This document shows, one piece after another, positions 11,601 through 25,070 of a stretch of DNA of 64,000 nt (position 1 is the stretch's first letter; every line of letters starts with the position of its first letter). The notes below the pieces were generated by a model that was given only the letters and a program-made list of their open reading frames with translations, searched no databases and had not been told where the DNA came from. The position numbers and the translations under genes were made by a program. The stretch lies in NCBI GenBank assembly GCA_043228905.1, contig JBHGNT010000018.1, positions 3,410,001-3,474,000 on the forward strand. The letters run 5' to 3'. Origin of the DNA: Azolla caroliniana (lineage: Eukaryota > Plantae > Polypodiophyta).

Positions 11601-14600
11601 TAAATATACTCAGTCAAGTATGTATGGTTTTCAATTGATTAGTTTTTTCCTTCCTTTTGACCTTAGAGTTTCTGTCATATACGTGCATTTATCAACATAG
11701 CTTAGTATACAGCATTTTTCTCTCCATTGACAGAAAATTTATGATTAATTTCTTGATTGTATAGTCTGCTCACACTCTGTGATAGCATATATGGTTATCA
11801 TAGTTTCTAGTATATTCCATATACCTTGTTTTTATAAGATTTCATTATATTATGCTATTTATTAAATTATGATAACCTTGCATGGCGGATTTCTAAAACA
11901 ATAACTTTTTTAATCCTTACCCAGCTGCTTGTTGCAACTTGCAGGCAAGAAATCCAAGCTTCTACAAGTTCAATAACTTCTGTACCAAAGCCATTGAAAT
12001 TTTTGAGGCCACACTATAGAGATTTATTGATTTTTTATGAGGTCATGTTAGATGGTGAAAATAAGGTATTGGCTGTACACATGTCACATTCACTATTTGA
12101 GTGATGTGTATTCAATAGTTATTTGACTGAGTTTTTTTCTTCAGAAATACTTGGCTGATATAATCTCAGTCCTTGCATTGACCATGTCAAAAGAAGGGGA
12201 AAGGGTAGGAATATATTTTTGGTGGCTCAGATTACAGGATCCAACTCTGCAGCTTTTTGGCTTTTCTAACTGAGCATTCTAAATTTGAAGACAAGCTTAA
12301 AGTTCAAGTTACTGGGATCCGTTGAGGATATTGGATGTTGGGGACATGGATATGTCAGGTCAATCGATAATGAGATTCAAATCCAAATTACAGAGACCGG
12401 CATTATAATGATGGCATAATTTTTTTTCAGGAACCTAGTTGGCGAAATAAGTCATGAATTCCAGAATCGTCAGGTATGTGTATTTTAAGCATGTTATTAA
12501 AACATTACTAAGTAGCTTATGATATCTTTGGTGAGTTCGAAAACGATTTGTGCTGCTGCTGGATTTTACTGAGTTAACTACTCAAGTGGATGTTAGAAGA
12601 TATAGTTGCCTAGATGCTTGTAGACTAGGCCACAAAATTCAGATAATTCCTAAGAGAGACTGGGAGGAGAGTAAAAAACAAATGAAGACTACCCTTGGCA
12701 CCAGTCCTAAACTACACCTTAGTTGCAGAATTGTTTTTACATCTTAATTCACTGTGGCTTCCAGAAGGAAGGTAAACCAGTGGATGATCTTCTGGATCTT
12801 GTCAATCAAATTGTGCCCTTCCATATGAAGGTGACCACTGCAGTCCGTTCTTTGTCTTCTTTGCAACTTTCCATGCCATCTTAAATGTTTATGGTGTTGT
12901 AGCATAATGCAGAACCAGAAGCAGTGGACCTTTTGTTGGAGGTGTGCATATTTTCAGTCATTCTAGATAAATTATATTCATGAAACTCTTCTCATAGATT
13001 GCATTCATCTAGGTTGATCGCTTGGACTTACTTATTGATCACATAAACAAGGGAAATTATAAAAGAACATGTGCATATTTGACAAGCTTTGCAAGGTAAT
13101 AAGAATCAACCAACAGTTAACTTAGCTAAGATGTGCACCGTGAATGATTATCTTTGCCATCTCCAGAGGTTTCAACCATATCTTATGAGGAGAACTAATC
13201 TGTGGTTGGTCCTGAGAAAACATGAAACTGAATGCAGTCTGTTTTGGGGCTACATCCCTTTTCCACCTTTAGTCTTGCATTTTTTTTGCTTGTGCAAACT
13301 AACTCCCTGAAAATGTTATTGATTCATCTACTTTGCAAATTGTAACCGATATTTCAAAAATATATTGATTTGCACAACATTGTAAATTGCTGTCTTTTCC
13401 TTTGTCAGCACTCTATATAGTGGCCTAACTTGTCAAGGATGAGTTCAACAAAGTTTGCTTCAACCTCGCTCATGAATAGAAGCTTCTTTTAACTCTCTCT
13501 CTCTCTCTCAAATTGATCCACTTGCATGGGAATGCTTCTCTGCTTTCTTGTCTGGCACATCGTTAAACAAAATACCAGTTTTTCATTGCATGAAATCATG
13601 CTTTTTTTCCTCGTTTTTAGAAATGGGGAATGGACATTTATGAGATCCCTTTTACCGTGGGTTGGTATCCCCTTCTTTGTTATTGGTGCTGCATTTTTGT
13701 AGTGTAAATAATAGATTTTTTTTGGATATCTGATGGTTTTCTGTTTTGTGATGATTTATAATGAGTATTTATGGATGTTTATTAGTTTACCATGAATAGA
13801 ATTTTGAAATATCGTCAATGCATCATGTTTTTTGTGAATAATGGATTATGGATATGACTTTGCAAGGTTCTTGAGGGTTTTATTTTTATACAATGATTGC
13901 TTTATAAAGATGTTGTTTCCCATTACTGGGACACTGATTATGGGACTATGAATCCTGGTAGGAAAGTTATCTCATGTTGGGCAGGAGTATCATGGAGATA
14001 TTATGTGAAATAACTCTTTTAAGTAACTGTCAAGCCCATCTTCCGGACGAGAGCAAGTAGCTCTGTGCAGTTTAGGGTTCCAGGGGTCATTGGCCTGTTA
14101 AGGATGGTAATATCTATATCTATATCTATTGATATCCATATCCATATCCATATCCAGATCTATATCTATATCTATATCTATCATTGAGGCATTATTCCGA
14201 TCAGTGACTGGTATCCAACAGCTTTACAAGCTCCTTAAACAAAGATCTACTCAAGTTAGCACTTATGTCTTGAAAACAACTTGTTGAACATGGAGATATC
14301 ATTGTGGATATCCTGAAACACGACAATGGTTCTAGTCACATGGCATATGTCTAAATGCTCTAGCTTTGTTCCAACATATATTCAATTCTCCCCATCTAAA
14401 CATGACCGGTTTTAAACCATAATTTGATAGGGAAGCTATGGGCCTCTCCACACCGAGTGAGAGATTGAGATAGGTTGATATGCAGCATTCCTTTGGAAGA
14501 AAGAATTTGCTACTGTAAGGCACACTTTTTACACACATGAAAGGATGGATTCATCATCAAGCCCTCTTAGACATCTGTTGCATGCATTCCATAATGCTAG

Positions 14601-17600
14601 AGGGCAATGTGGATCACTCCACATCAGTTAGAGATTGATGTAAGCAGAGATGCATGCATTTGTTTGGAAGAAAGAATTTGCCAGTTGTGCCATCAACGAG
14701 TGGAATCAGAAGAACATTATGTTTCCATTGTTTTAATAAAGAGGGGGATACCATTACCTCTTTAACCAAGGGTTTACACAAAGTAATGGAATATGAGGAC
14801 CAACGGTGCTTGGGATTATTCTTACTAGAGATCAAGAGACACATGAAGAAGTTGTTGAAGGACAACAATACCACCACACAAGTTCATTAGCAAAGAACAA
14901 TTACAAGTTTCCTTAGCCCCATAACACCCCTACTCATGCGATAACTCAAGTAAGGACTTCACAAGTAGGCTCCCAATCAGAACACTACAAAGGGGTTACA
15001 ATCAAGAGGGAGTAGATTCTGCTTCTATCTTTCTAAACTTTTTAAGCCCAGAATAATGTTCTTGTTACTATAGGGGAGCAGCAAATATCTATGAAATGGA
15101 TAGTTAACTCCATGAGGCTACATGCAGCTGCTAGGTTCTTATCTATGCAGTATTTTACCATGGTTTTAGTTAGAGTCCTGCTATATTCTGTGCTGGAATG
15201 ACTTTGACCACAGCCTATAGGTTGAAATAGTGTACCATATTCTTGATGTTATAGATCCATCAAGAAATGCCTACATATTCTTCATGAAAACAATGATAGA
15301 GTAGGACTTTTATGTGTAGATCACGAAGCTCCAGTTTCTAATGAGGTAAAATGAATGTATACAGGATAGCATGCTTTTACTTATCATTTCATTTACCCTT
15401 ATCTGTAGTCATGTACCGGATCTTCAAGACACACCAGTGCTAGACGTTGCATATTTTGTCTATATGTCTTTGGAGCAGTATTCTGATGCTTTAAGGGTTG
15501 CATTGCGAATGGACAAATTGCGGGTCAGTAAATTATGTAGAGAGAAAGGCTGTTGAAAACATCATGTAATATATGCTGTGTGACATACAGCTTGTTGAGG
15601 GAACTTTGTCAACATGCAGAGATGCATTAATGCTGCAGCAACTTTGCTATATCTTAGCCAGACAGGTAAAAAATGCACTATTTATTCTATACATTTTTCT
15701 TCGTTTCCATCCTCAATGGGTTGATTTGGATTTGCTTGAAAATATAGGGAATAGCTTTCAGAATACAAGATCACATGATCGTTGGCAATGAAGACAAGAA
15801 AGAGTTGCTTCAAGAAATCATCAATAATGCCAAGTTAAGTGAGGGGTATCTTACATTAGCTCGAGATCTTGAGATCATGGAACCTAAGAGTCCTGAAGAT
15901 ATTTATAAGGTTTGACAAAGCTTTTGCTGTTTCAAATAAATGGATTATCGATGAACTTTTTTTTCAAAAAGTTAACATTGCTTGTAGGTACATCTTATGG
16001 ATGGTCAACCAAGTTCTAGTGCAATTGTTTATTCTGCATGGCAGAATCTGGCTGCAACATTTGTTAACGCATTTGTCAATGCAGGATTTGCACAGGTGTT
16101 CAATATCTTTTAAGTCTTTAATATTATTCTTCTCATGAGTAAAATATTGATGATTTTGCTTAATCTATGACAGGATAAACTAATGACACCTGTTGTGGAA
16201 GGAACTGATAGTGTTAACTGGCTTTCCAAGAATAAGGAGCATGGAAAGATCAGTGCAACAGCAAGTTTGGTAAAGTGATTTTGTTTTTCACCAATGACGC
16301 CTTTCTTGAATTAATTCCCTGAATTCTAAACATACTCAAGTCTATACACAGGGATTAATCACCTTGTGGAATGTTGATGAGGGGTTGCCGCAAATCGATA
16401 AATATCTGTGTACATCTGAAACTCATATTCTTGCTGGTGCTCTTCTGGGCGTTGGAGTCATGCATAGCGGTAGACGCCATGAATATGATCCTGTAAGTGA
16501 CATAACGGCCATTTCAATTAAAACATTGCAATGCGGCAACCTGTTACAGTTCTAGACTCCCATAATTGCTCAAAGGATTTTCCTTTCGATTTTCCGTAGT
16601 ATTTTGAGATGATCTTGTGTTTAATAAGGAAATACTTATGGCATTCCAACTGTGCTCCACCTGGTACTGGGTTATTAGCATTTAGCTTTAGCTTCTTCTG
16701 AAATTCAACTGGGATACAAATGTGCCATTATCATATGTTTCATGAACATTTTTTCAGTATTATTTTTGGTGCCTTCTTTTAATTTCTATTGGACCATGGG
16801 AGGTACATAAATCTTGTACTTTTTGACTATGATAATAACTGAACAGTTAGGTTTGGGTTGTTCTTGCTTATCATACATACAAACGTTCTAATACATGCAA
16901 TCTCACATCGTGAGGATTGATAGAGCACCGATGACATAACAGAATGGAAGATTTGCTTTATGATATATATGAGAGTACTTTGTCAAGGTAGAATTAGAAA
17001 GATATCGTGTCAAGTTTACCTTATTCATTTTTGTAGCCTCCATACCATGATCTGTTCCTGATGTCAGGGGTCAAGGCCTTAGTGATCATTTTAGAGTTTT
17101 GGGTTGGTCTTGGTTATCATACATACAAATATTCTGATACGTGCAATCTCACATCGTGAGGATTCATAGAGCACCGATGACATAACAGAATGGAAGCTTT
17201 GCTTTATACTATGTATCGGGAGAGTACTTCGTCAAGGTAGAATTAGATGATGATATCGTTTCAAGTTTACCTCATTCATTTTTGTAGCCCCCATACCATG
17301 ATCTGTTCCTGATGTCGGGAGTCAAGGCCTTAGTGATCATTTTAGAGTTTTCTATTCAGTTCCTTTTTTTTATTGTTATATTTTACTTTCGTTTATTAAA
17401 AGCATACTCTTTGTGAGTATTGATGTTGCAGTTCACAAACTCTATTCTCTGGATGCTTTCTTTTTTTCCTGAAATATGTTTCAATGATTATGTGGTTCAT
17501 AGAATTCATGCACTGGATGCTTCTGGGTTCTCCTTCTGAAGAATTTTTAGGGTTTAGGGTTTAGGGAGCTATACGGAATGTACTTATGAGCTGCTTGGGT

Positions 17601-20600
17601 GCAAATGTTCATTTTATTCCAGCAATTTGTTTTTTGTGGTTATTGCATGTTCAAGGCAACTTACTTTTTTCCATATGGGTAAGTATTTGATTACTGAAGA
17701 ATGTTTAATCAATGTCAAGTATGCCTCAAGAATGAAACATCCATGAATTCAAATTATTGCATCTCAAATTTCAATTTCACAGCTTGTTCAAGTGATAGAA
17801 AAATCACAAACCTAGTTATCCTCACATTACTGTAGGCTTCATCAGTTTTCACATCATTTACATATCTCTGCATAGAATCAGACAGACTCTGCACAGTTTT
17901 TTGTGATTTTTTTGCAGTTATCTTGATAATTTATGTCACAAGGATGTCCTTGAACTGAGCATTCTCATTTTGTAGGCCTATGTTTTATTGTATGGTCATG
18001 TTGAAAGCGAGGATCCTGTGATTCGTATTAGTGCTATAATAGGCCTAGGCTTGGCTTATGCTGGTACTGATAAAGAAGAGGTCTGCTGCTAAAGCTTTTA
18101 TGTATGAGAAAATTATTATTATTATTTTTAATAGGTAGTTCAATGCTGAATTGTGATATTGTAACGAATTTTGTGCAGGTTTTCTCTCTTCTTGGTCCCT
18201 TGGTCACAAATTCAGAGAACAGCCTAGATACTGTTGCATTTGCTGCCTTATCCCTTGGGATTATTTATGCTGGATCTTGCCATTATAGGGTTTCACAAAC
18301 AATCACTACTGCGTTGATAGAACGAAGTGAAGCAGAACTTTTGGATCCTCTTGCACGATTCTTATGTCTTGGCTTGGGTTTACTTTACCTTGGAAAAATG
18401 GTAAAGGAGTAGATTTGCATAGAAATAGATTACCGTTCTACAACTACTGCTCTATTACTAATGTAAAATAATGAAGCTGCTTAAGTTTGGGCTGAAAATA
18501 CAGTGTATTGGTAAATAGTGAATACTGCTGTATGCTCGGGATTCCATTGTGATGCATACATGTACATTATGTATTCTTGGACTTTTAGAGTTTGGTGCAT
18601 ACTAGGTCTTGTAAGGCCAGTTCTCATAATCATCCACCTTACATCTTCTCATTTATCTCAAATCACTTGCACATTGCTTTTTGGAGATGACAGTTTGAAC
18701 CTCTTTTCTCCGTCAGTATGTGTTGCTTCGTTGAGGAGTTTCTTATCCAATCTCGTCGAGCATATTATTTAGGAGATACCTATCTATTATACAACATGCA
18801 TTGTCAGAAAATGGTACCTACATTAGTAATTCTTGTGAAAGAATTTGTGCTTCCCTCTTGCACAAGGTACTCCCATCCTAGATGGTAGACAGCTTCGGAA
18901 AAGCTACTTAACTTCAATGAGATGTTGGTCTTACTTTAAAACGTGGGCAACCTTATTTCACAATAGCTGTTACATCGGAGAGCATATGGGGCATGGAACG
19001 CTCCAGACTGTCTGAAATCCAGAGAAAGAAACAATGAATCATCTTTCTTTTGCCCTGTACCCCTTCTCAATGAAAATGTTTAGAGACTATGTTTAGAACC
19101 GAGAGATGAGAGGTAGTAAGAAATTCATTCCAGGGTGAAGTGGCTGAGAGCATGAAGGTTGCCCAAAGAGTCAATAAGAAAATAGCAAGATATCTTCAAG
19201 TAACTTTGGAGCTGTGTGCTTATGCTGGAACAGGAAATGTTTTATTGGTAATTACTTTTGCTATTTTTTCTCTACAACTTTTTGTATAGCTTTTGGAAAT
19301 TAGCGCACTAAGCACATTGCAATTTCTTTTGGTTTTGTGTGGCAGGTCCAAAAGTTTTTAGGCTTCTGTGGAGAACACACAGAAAAATCCGCGAGTTACC
19401 AATCTTCTGCTGTTTTAGGGATTGCTCTTGTAGCCATGACCGAAGAGATTGGGCTTGAGATGGCCATACGTTCATTGCAGCACATTTTACAATATGGCGA
19501 GCGACACATCAAGCGGACTGTCCCACTCGCCCTGGGCATACTTTCAATATCCAATCCAAAGGTCAATATTTCACTTACCTGATAATGATATTATCACCAT
19601 ATTGTCCACTTTTTTGAGTCAAAGCTCAATCTCTAGCTTTCTCTCTTTCAGATAAATATCATGGATATATTGAGTAGGCTCAGTCATGATGGTAATCTGG
19701 ATGTAGCCATGGTATTTACTACCCTGAACAGATTTATTCACATGATATGGATCATTGTTGTTCGTTAAATGACTTGGGATATTATGTTCAACAGACAGCA
19801 ATATTTGGTTTAGGGCTGATTGGAGCAGGAACCAATAATGCTCGAATTGCTAGGATGCTTCATAGTTTATCGAGCGACTATTACAAAAACCCAACACTTC
19901 TTTTTTGTGTAAGTTTGCTAACAAATTACAAAAATGAATATGTTAATTTGGAACTGCTGTTGTTTACTGTAGTCTATTTGCAGATAAGAATTGCTCAAGG
20001 TCTTGTACATATGGGAAAGGGGTTGTTGTCGCTGAATCCTTACCATTCGGATCGGTTTCTGCTGTCAAGGTTTGAAACAGAGGAAGTAAATTTTAGATTT
20101 TACTGTTTTATTCTCAAAATGGTCGTATGTTGACTTTGTTTTGTAGTGTGGCCTTGAGTGGACTAATTACAGTCTTGCATGCATTCCTGGACATGAAATA
20201 TTTTATTTTTGGGAAGTATCATTACATACTTTACTTTCTTGCTTTGGCAATGCAGGTATATATGTCGAAAACTCTTTCGTGTTATCTTTTGAAAGATGTG
20301 GTATTCTTTACAGAAAAATGTTTGTATCTTTTGGTGTTTAGCCACGAATGCTTATGACATTGGATGAAAACTTGAGATCATTTCCAGTACCTGTAAGAGT
20401 AGGACGGGCTGTTGATGTTGTAGGACAGGCAGGTTGTCCAAAAACTATTACAGGTTTCCGAACACTCACAACTCCAGTCCTTCTTGCCTCTGGCGAAAGA
20501 GCTGAGCTTGCAACAGAGAAGTATCGAATTTGCAAATTTCTTATGCACTCAATACATCACATATATTCTATGCCTCATATTGATTCTCTCATCACAGGTA

Positions 20601-20673
20601 TATCCCCCTATCTTCAGTTCTTGAGGGGTTTGTCATATTGAAAGAGAACCCTGACTATGAGCGAGATCATTGA
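8620..20673 (+). CDS. RPN1: 26S proteasome non-ATPase regulatory subunit 2 (RPN1/PSMD2) homologue, multi-exon, divergent
   Basis: Exons splice into one open frame: 8620-8646 (start uncertain, GC donor), 8741-8841 [20 protein letters not shown], 11945-12065 [24 protein letters not shown], 12145-12204, 12291-12358, 12431-12473, 12765-12830, 12903-12941 [13 protein letters not shown], then [16 protein letters not shown] (~16.0 kb), [10 protein letters not shown] (~19.2 kb), [10 protein letters not shown] (~19.8 kb), [21 protein letters not shown] (~20.4 kb), and last exon 20598-20673 [23 protein letters not shown]. Confidence 0.95.
9165..10075. repeat. Intronic diverged tandem repeat (~5 units of 110-200 bp) in RPN1 intron 2
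   Basis: Recurring TTTCAGAATCCACAGCTGT..TAAGGATTCTGAAATGGTTGAATGAACTT and AAGTTCTAATTCTTCATG at ~9180, 9362, 9560, 9675 and 9872. Confidence 0.8.
10421..11316. repeat. Intronic ~385-bp direct duplication (10421-~10806 and 10935-~11316), each copy with an internal sub-duplication
   Basis: AAGTTTTGTTACACAACTTGCAACCTAGTATTTGTTGTTTTTAGAGTC begins both copies. AATGTTCAGTTTCAAATTCTAATGTCTCA occurs four times. Confidence 0.9.
14112..14182. repeat. Compound (TATATC)/(CATATC) microsatellite
   Basis: Visible hexamer runs. Confidence 0.85.
16851..17350. repeat. Intronic tandem duplication, two ~248-bp copies
   Basis: TTTGGGTTG.TCTTG.TTATCATACATACAAA...GGTCAAGGCCTTAGTGATCATTTTAGAGTTTT repeated at ~16851 and ~17098. 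Confidence 0.9.
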
Positions 20674-22784
20674 GCAGCATGTGAGCCAGATTTTTGCAGA
20701 GTAAATTTTGCTCCCGTCTTCGTCAATGCGTGATCATTTGGTTGAGTCAAGCTGACTTGAATGAAGCATGAATTTGACAATGCATTCCTTAATGACCTTA
20801 TTGAAATATTTGGTCTACACTCTCATAAGCTGAAGTCCCTCCTATCGATAACTTTTGCATAATAATAAACATCACTTGATCTGAAGTCATGAAAATTCAG
20901 TTTGGACTCGGTTCTTCTAAAAGAATTCTGTAAATTTCTCTTTTTGAATCTGATCTTTTAGACAGACTATCAGTGATGTAATGTTTTCATAATTCTAGTT
21001 TTGTGGTACAATCTGTGAATCTGGTCCTGTTCAGGTGGTTTGTATGAAATCATCCAGTAGGTTTGTATACTCTAGAGAGAACACTGTGTCTCAACATGCA
21101 AGGAACTGTGATGTTGTTGATGATATGAGCTAGAGATACCTCAACAATTTTCCAGGTATTGACTCATACAGACTTTTCATTTCTGCCTTTAACTCAATCA
21201 ACCAGGAGTGAAGTATTAGGCGCCCAAGTGTTTTGAAATTTTAAACGTAGCATTTATCGTAGATGGTACCGCACCTGAGAAATATTTGATTCATCACCTA
21301 TATCTCAAAGAAACTCATAGAATGTGTGTTTTTTTTGTTCTATTTACACCATTCTTTCTGCAACTAAATACAACTTTCTCGTGCATGTGTTTTTTCATTT
21401 TCACACATTCATCCACTATCAAATAGTAGTGGACATCCAAACCTTTTGGAAATTTTAAAAAGGTACGAGGCTTGTTTTTTGGTGCCTCGGTAGTCCCTGA
21501 GTCTCTTCCGTTGCTCCTTTTCAAGTATGCATATGCATTTTCTCTTCTCTCGCTTTGGAGACCTCTCCATTCTAGGTCAACCTTGAGAGTCTTACATGTA
21601 TAAATTACAATAAACGAGATGAGCTATATTATGAGATTCTTTAGTCACCTCTTAGTCCAATTCTATTTGTATTTACATTTATTTGTTCATTTATTTTAGT
21701 TGGTCCTCAAAGTTGAGGCAACATTTTAAGATGGAATCTCTTCTTTGTTCTTATAGGCCATTTATGCCTCTTTCTTTCTTGGCTTCAAACTATGTTGGGT
21801 AATGACTCCAAAGAGACATGATTTTGTATGTGTTATGCATTGTTGCAAGGGTGTTATGCATTAGTCAGGTTGCCTATTTAGATTGTCATATTGTTTGCCA
21901 TTGTTTCTAACCCTATTCTCGCGACCTAATTTTTTATGGAGATAGTTTCACTTGCTTTATTGTGATGGAAACAATTTGTAGCTCAGACATTATAAGATGA
22001 TTTGTTCATCTTGCTTTGTTAGAGTATGTTGGAGAACAACCCTTACGAAACATGCATATAATCTAAGCAACCAAGTTGGAAACCTTTAAATGATAGAGCT
22101 CACTCATAACACCCTTAGATGTCAAAAGCATGTATAGTATATTTCCTTACTAATTGCAAATAGATATCACTCACACATTTGGTGAATTTGATGTGAAGTG
22201 TGTGGGCTGGTATCAAGTGCAAAAGGAACATAACTTCTCATGCTAATTTGTGATCAATGGAATAATTGAGGAAGACAAAAAAATATAACATTTAGTACAT
22301 ACGTATATTTAGATTGAAGGATTAAATATCAGAGTTATCTATGGTGGAAATCGGGACATCAAATCTCACAAAGACGTATGAATTATCAAGAGCATTTAAT
22401 CACGATCCAATGAAGTGGGAAGTTGCCATCAAATGAATGGTGATTCACATGAAGTATGTAATAATAGGTATGTGAATAAAGGTTTACACTATCTCCATGA
22501 GTGATCAAATTGGAACTAGGGTCCTCCCATTGGATGATGCTCATGTTAGGTTCCTACGTGAGCTCCTATGACACGTTAGTGGAAAGGTACAATGTGAATG
22601 CACACCGCAATAGCTGCTTCATGGCTAGTTGTCCATGATGGAACCCAAATAATTCTATATCATGGACACTCACTTCGATGGAACATAGATGTCTATTGTG
22701 GACCCTTGCCACAATAGAACTCGAAGAGTTTCCCAAACATCCCTCAATTTCAACACCAAACCCCCCACGCAGACATTTGTAAAG

Positions 22785-23250
22785 TGTAAACACACATACA
22801 TGCACATGCTTATGATAATACACAAGAATGCATACACGCAAACCACACACACGTACACATGTACATATCCACACACACGTACACACATACAAATTTGCAT
22901 ACACATGTCTAACAATCACATACATGTTAACACATAAACATACATATGCTCAAACAAGACTCGTGTATATATATACACATTCCAATGCTTAAATTTACCA
23001 AGTACGAATATATACATGTAGACATGCACATGCGACTATTAAGCTAAATGTACAAGACTGTCGCGCATTATTATACACATGCACTCTTATGCACATATTT
23101 ACAAATACAAGCTGAAGCAAACATAAAATATACTACAAATACATGCACTGCACATAGGGGTCCACACACATTCAAATTTAAATATATTTTCAAATATTGT
23201 GGGGGAGCACACACATATTTTACCCACATTGCAAACATGACAAACACAGA
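22785..23250. repeat. Degenerate CA/TA-rich low-complexity tract
   Basis: ACACACATACA/TGCACATG motifs. The overlapping ORFs are compositional artefacts. Confidence 0.7.
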
Positions 23251-23609
23251 CTTGTCATGAAGTGGCTGATCCAAAGGTAGAAAATAGAGAAAAAGTGTTT
23301 GTGGTTGAATATTGTTCTCAAAAAGCTTAAACCGGAGTGAGTAACTTATACAAAGGGGTTACTAGGAAGATTAGTAAGATAAAACAAGTTGAGGCACATA
23401 TTTGTTTGAAGATAAAACAATCTATAGCCATATCTATGAATATATGTAAAAATGGAAACAAGGGTCATAACTAAATGGTTAAGGTTATCGTTTGGGGAGA
23501 AAAGGAGACCTTCCTCCCATTATAGTCCCAGTCCATTGTAAACACTAATGTAAACACTTCTTGTTATTTACTATGGAATTGTGGTGAAGAAGAAATGAGA
23601 AGAAATTCC

Positions 23610-24027
23610 TTTACTTTGGAATTTCCTCATCTTTCAGGTTTCCTCAAGTCTAAGCTTCACTCGACTTTGAAGGTTCCTTGAGTCAAAGGCGTTCCTCAAC
23701 TATGAAGGTTTCTCGAGTTAAATGTGTTCCTTAACTCTTAAGCTTTCCGTGAATCTAAAGGTTCCTCAAGTCAAAGGCATTCCTGAACTCTAAGCTTTCC
23801 TGAACTATTAGGTTTCCACAAGTTTGGAATTTCCTCATCTCGAATCAAATCCTCAAACCTGACATAGTTATTTCAAAAAAAGGGACATAGTTAACTCTTA
23901 AGCTTTCCATGAATCTAAAGGTTCCTCGAGTCAAAGGCGTTCCTCAACTATTAGGTTTCCACAAATTTGGAATTTCCTCATCTCAAATCAAATCCTCAAA
24001 CCTGACATAATTATTTCAAAAAAAGGG
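23610..24027. repeat. Minisatellite-like array (AGGTTCCTCAAGTCAAAGG / TTCCTCAACTCTAAG units) with a higher-order ~130-bp duplication
   Basis: Repeated TTCCTC(A/G)A motifs about every 18-20 bp. TTAGGTTTCCACAA.TTTGGAATTTCCTCATCTC.AATCAAATCCTCAAACCTGACATA.TTATTTCAAAAAAAGGG occurs twice. Confidence 0.8.
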
Positions 24028-25070
24028 AAGATGGAGATCACATAATTTGGATGTATATCGATCCCGTCATTTTGGGAAACAATGTCTACTAACTTTGTTA
24101 TAGATTTTGGTGGTATAGGTTACATTGCATGCTCAATTGCAGTTTGGGAGGAGATGTAGTTTCTTGGAATATTATGATTGACCAATGTGTGCAAATGAAC
24201 AAAATAACAAAGCATTGAGCATCTACGAACGAATGCAAAGTAAAGGTCTTACACCTAATTCGATTACCTTTATTTTGATTCTGAAAGCATGTAACAACAT
24301 TGACCTTATTGAGAAAGGTGAAAATTTCGTGAAAAGCTTCTTAGGAGATGATTTTTGGAGAATGATATTGTTCTTAGCACTGCTTTAGTGGGTATGTATG
24401 CAAAATATGATGCACTTGAAAAAGTGCAACAAGTGCTTGAAGGGCTTTTTGCTCAAGACACTATTTGTTGGAATGCATTAACCACAAGTATACTCAACAA
24501 GGGCATGACCATGAGGCATTAAATTGTTTCAAACAAATGGAAAATGAGGGTCTTTCTCCCAATGGAGTCACTTACCTTTCTTTGAAGGCATGTGGCAATT
24601 TAGGGGCTATAGAAAAAGGCAAACAAATTCATGATCAAATTCGGAGTTGAAACTTCATAGAGAAGGATATTATGCTTGGTAACGCTTTTGCTGATATGTA
24701 GGCTAAATGTGGAATGCTTGACAAAGCCCAAAAAGCACTCGAAGACCATTCTAATCACAATGTCATCACATGGTCTACAATATTTCCTGGGTATGTTCAA
24801 CATGGACAAGGACATGATGCACCCGATAGTTTCAAAAGAATGCAAAATGAGGGTTTATCACCTGATGCTATTACGTTTATTTGCACTCTAAAGGCCTATG
24901 GAAGCATGGGTGTTATAGGCAAGGGCAAACAAATTCATGATGAGATCGTGAAAAGGAGATTGTTGGAGAAGAATATAGTCCTTGGAACTGCTCTGGATTC
25001 ATATGTATGCTAGATGTGGTATGCTTGAGAAAGCAAGAAAAGTGTTGGAAGAGCTTCATCTTCGAGACGT

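Noticed and set aside
17545-17566. (TTTAGGG)3 telomere-type repeat in an RPN1 intron
   Set aside because: Too short to call an interstitial telomere, and common in plant genomes
22566-23274. ORFs rich in V/C/Y/H/T
   Set aside because: Products of CA/TG low-complexity sequence
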